Assembly (NCBI GenBank): GCA_951406725.2
Contig: OX597823.1
Span: 112,716,001 to 112,780,000 of the forward strand
DNA length: 64,000 nt
From: Octopus vulgaris
Lineage: Eukaryota
Direction of reading: 5' to 3'
Shown: piece after piece, positions 63,925-64,000 of the stretch
How positions within the stretch are numbered: position 1 is the stretch's first letter
Layout: each line of letters starts with the position of its first letter
The notes under the pieces: model-generated
Told to the model about the DNA's origin: nothing
Seen by the model: only the letters and a program-made list of their open reading frames with translations
The model's database searches: none
Made by a program: the position numbers and the translations under genes

Positions 63925-64000
63925 CACGCTCACATCACGTGGCACGCTCACATCACGTGGCACGCTCACATCACGTGGCACGCTCACATCACGTGGCACA
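63925..64000. repeat. 18-bp minisatellite (cacgctcacatcacgtgg)n, at least 4 copies, runs off the window
   Basis: Exact units at 63925, 63943, 63961 and 63979. Confidence 0.97.

Overview
Eukaryotic, AT-rich, repeat-saturated genomic DNA. The SINE/LINE repertoire and very long (TA)n/(TATG)n microsatellites are most consistent with an octopus (coleoid cephalopod) genome; this is inferred from recalled repeat families, not from a database search. Nearly all ORFs in the supplied track are microsatellite or repeat artefacts. The one convincing host coding segment is a + strand terminal exon (34736-35386). It ends in a motif ([18 protein letters not shown]) resembling the C-terminus of CAAP1/C9orf82. 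The rest is tRNA-derived SINEs (several with clean target-site duplications), RTE, CR1 and R4-like LINE 3' fragments, a decayed Gypsy-type pol, mariner, Merlin-like and Helitron non-autonomous elements, and two 5S rRNA-derived copies. The most interesting layer is more than ten short hammerhead-ribozyme-like motifs of the minimal type I form known from Penelope-like elements. They include canonical cores, compensatory U3-A8 cores and a recurrent A6->U variant. One sits downstream of a tRNA-type Pol III head. Many lie inside or beside long inverted repeats or perfect palindromes (arms up to 155 bp) that abut (TA)n tracts. No CRISPR or prokaryotic features are present.
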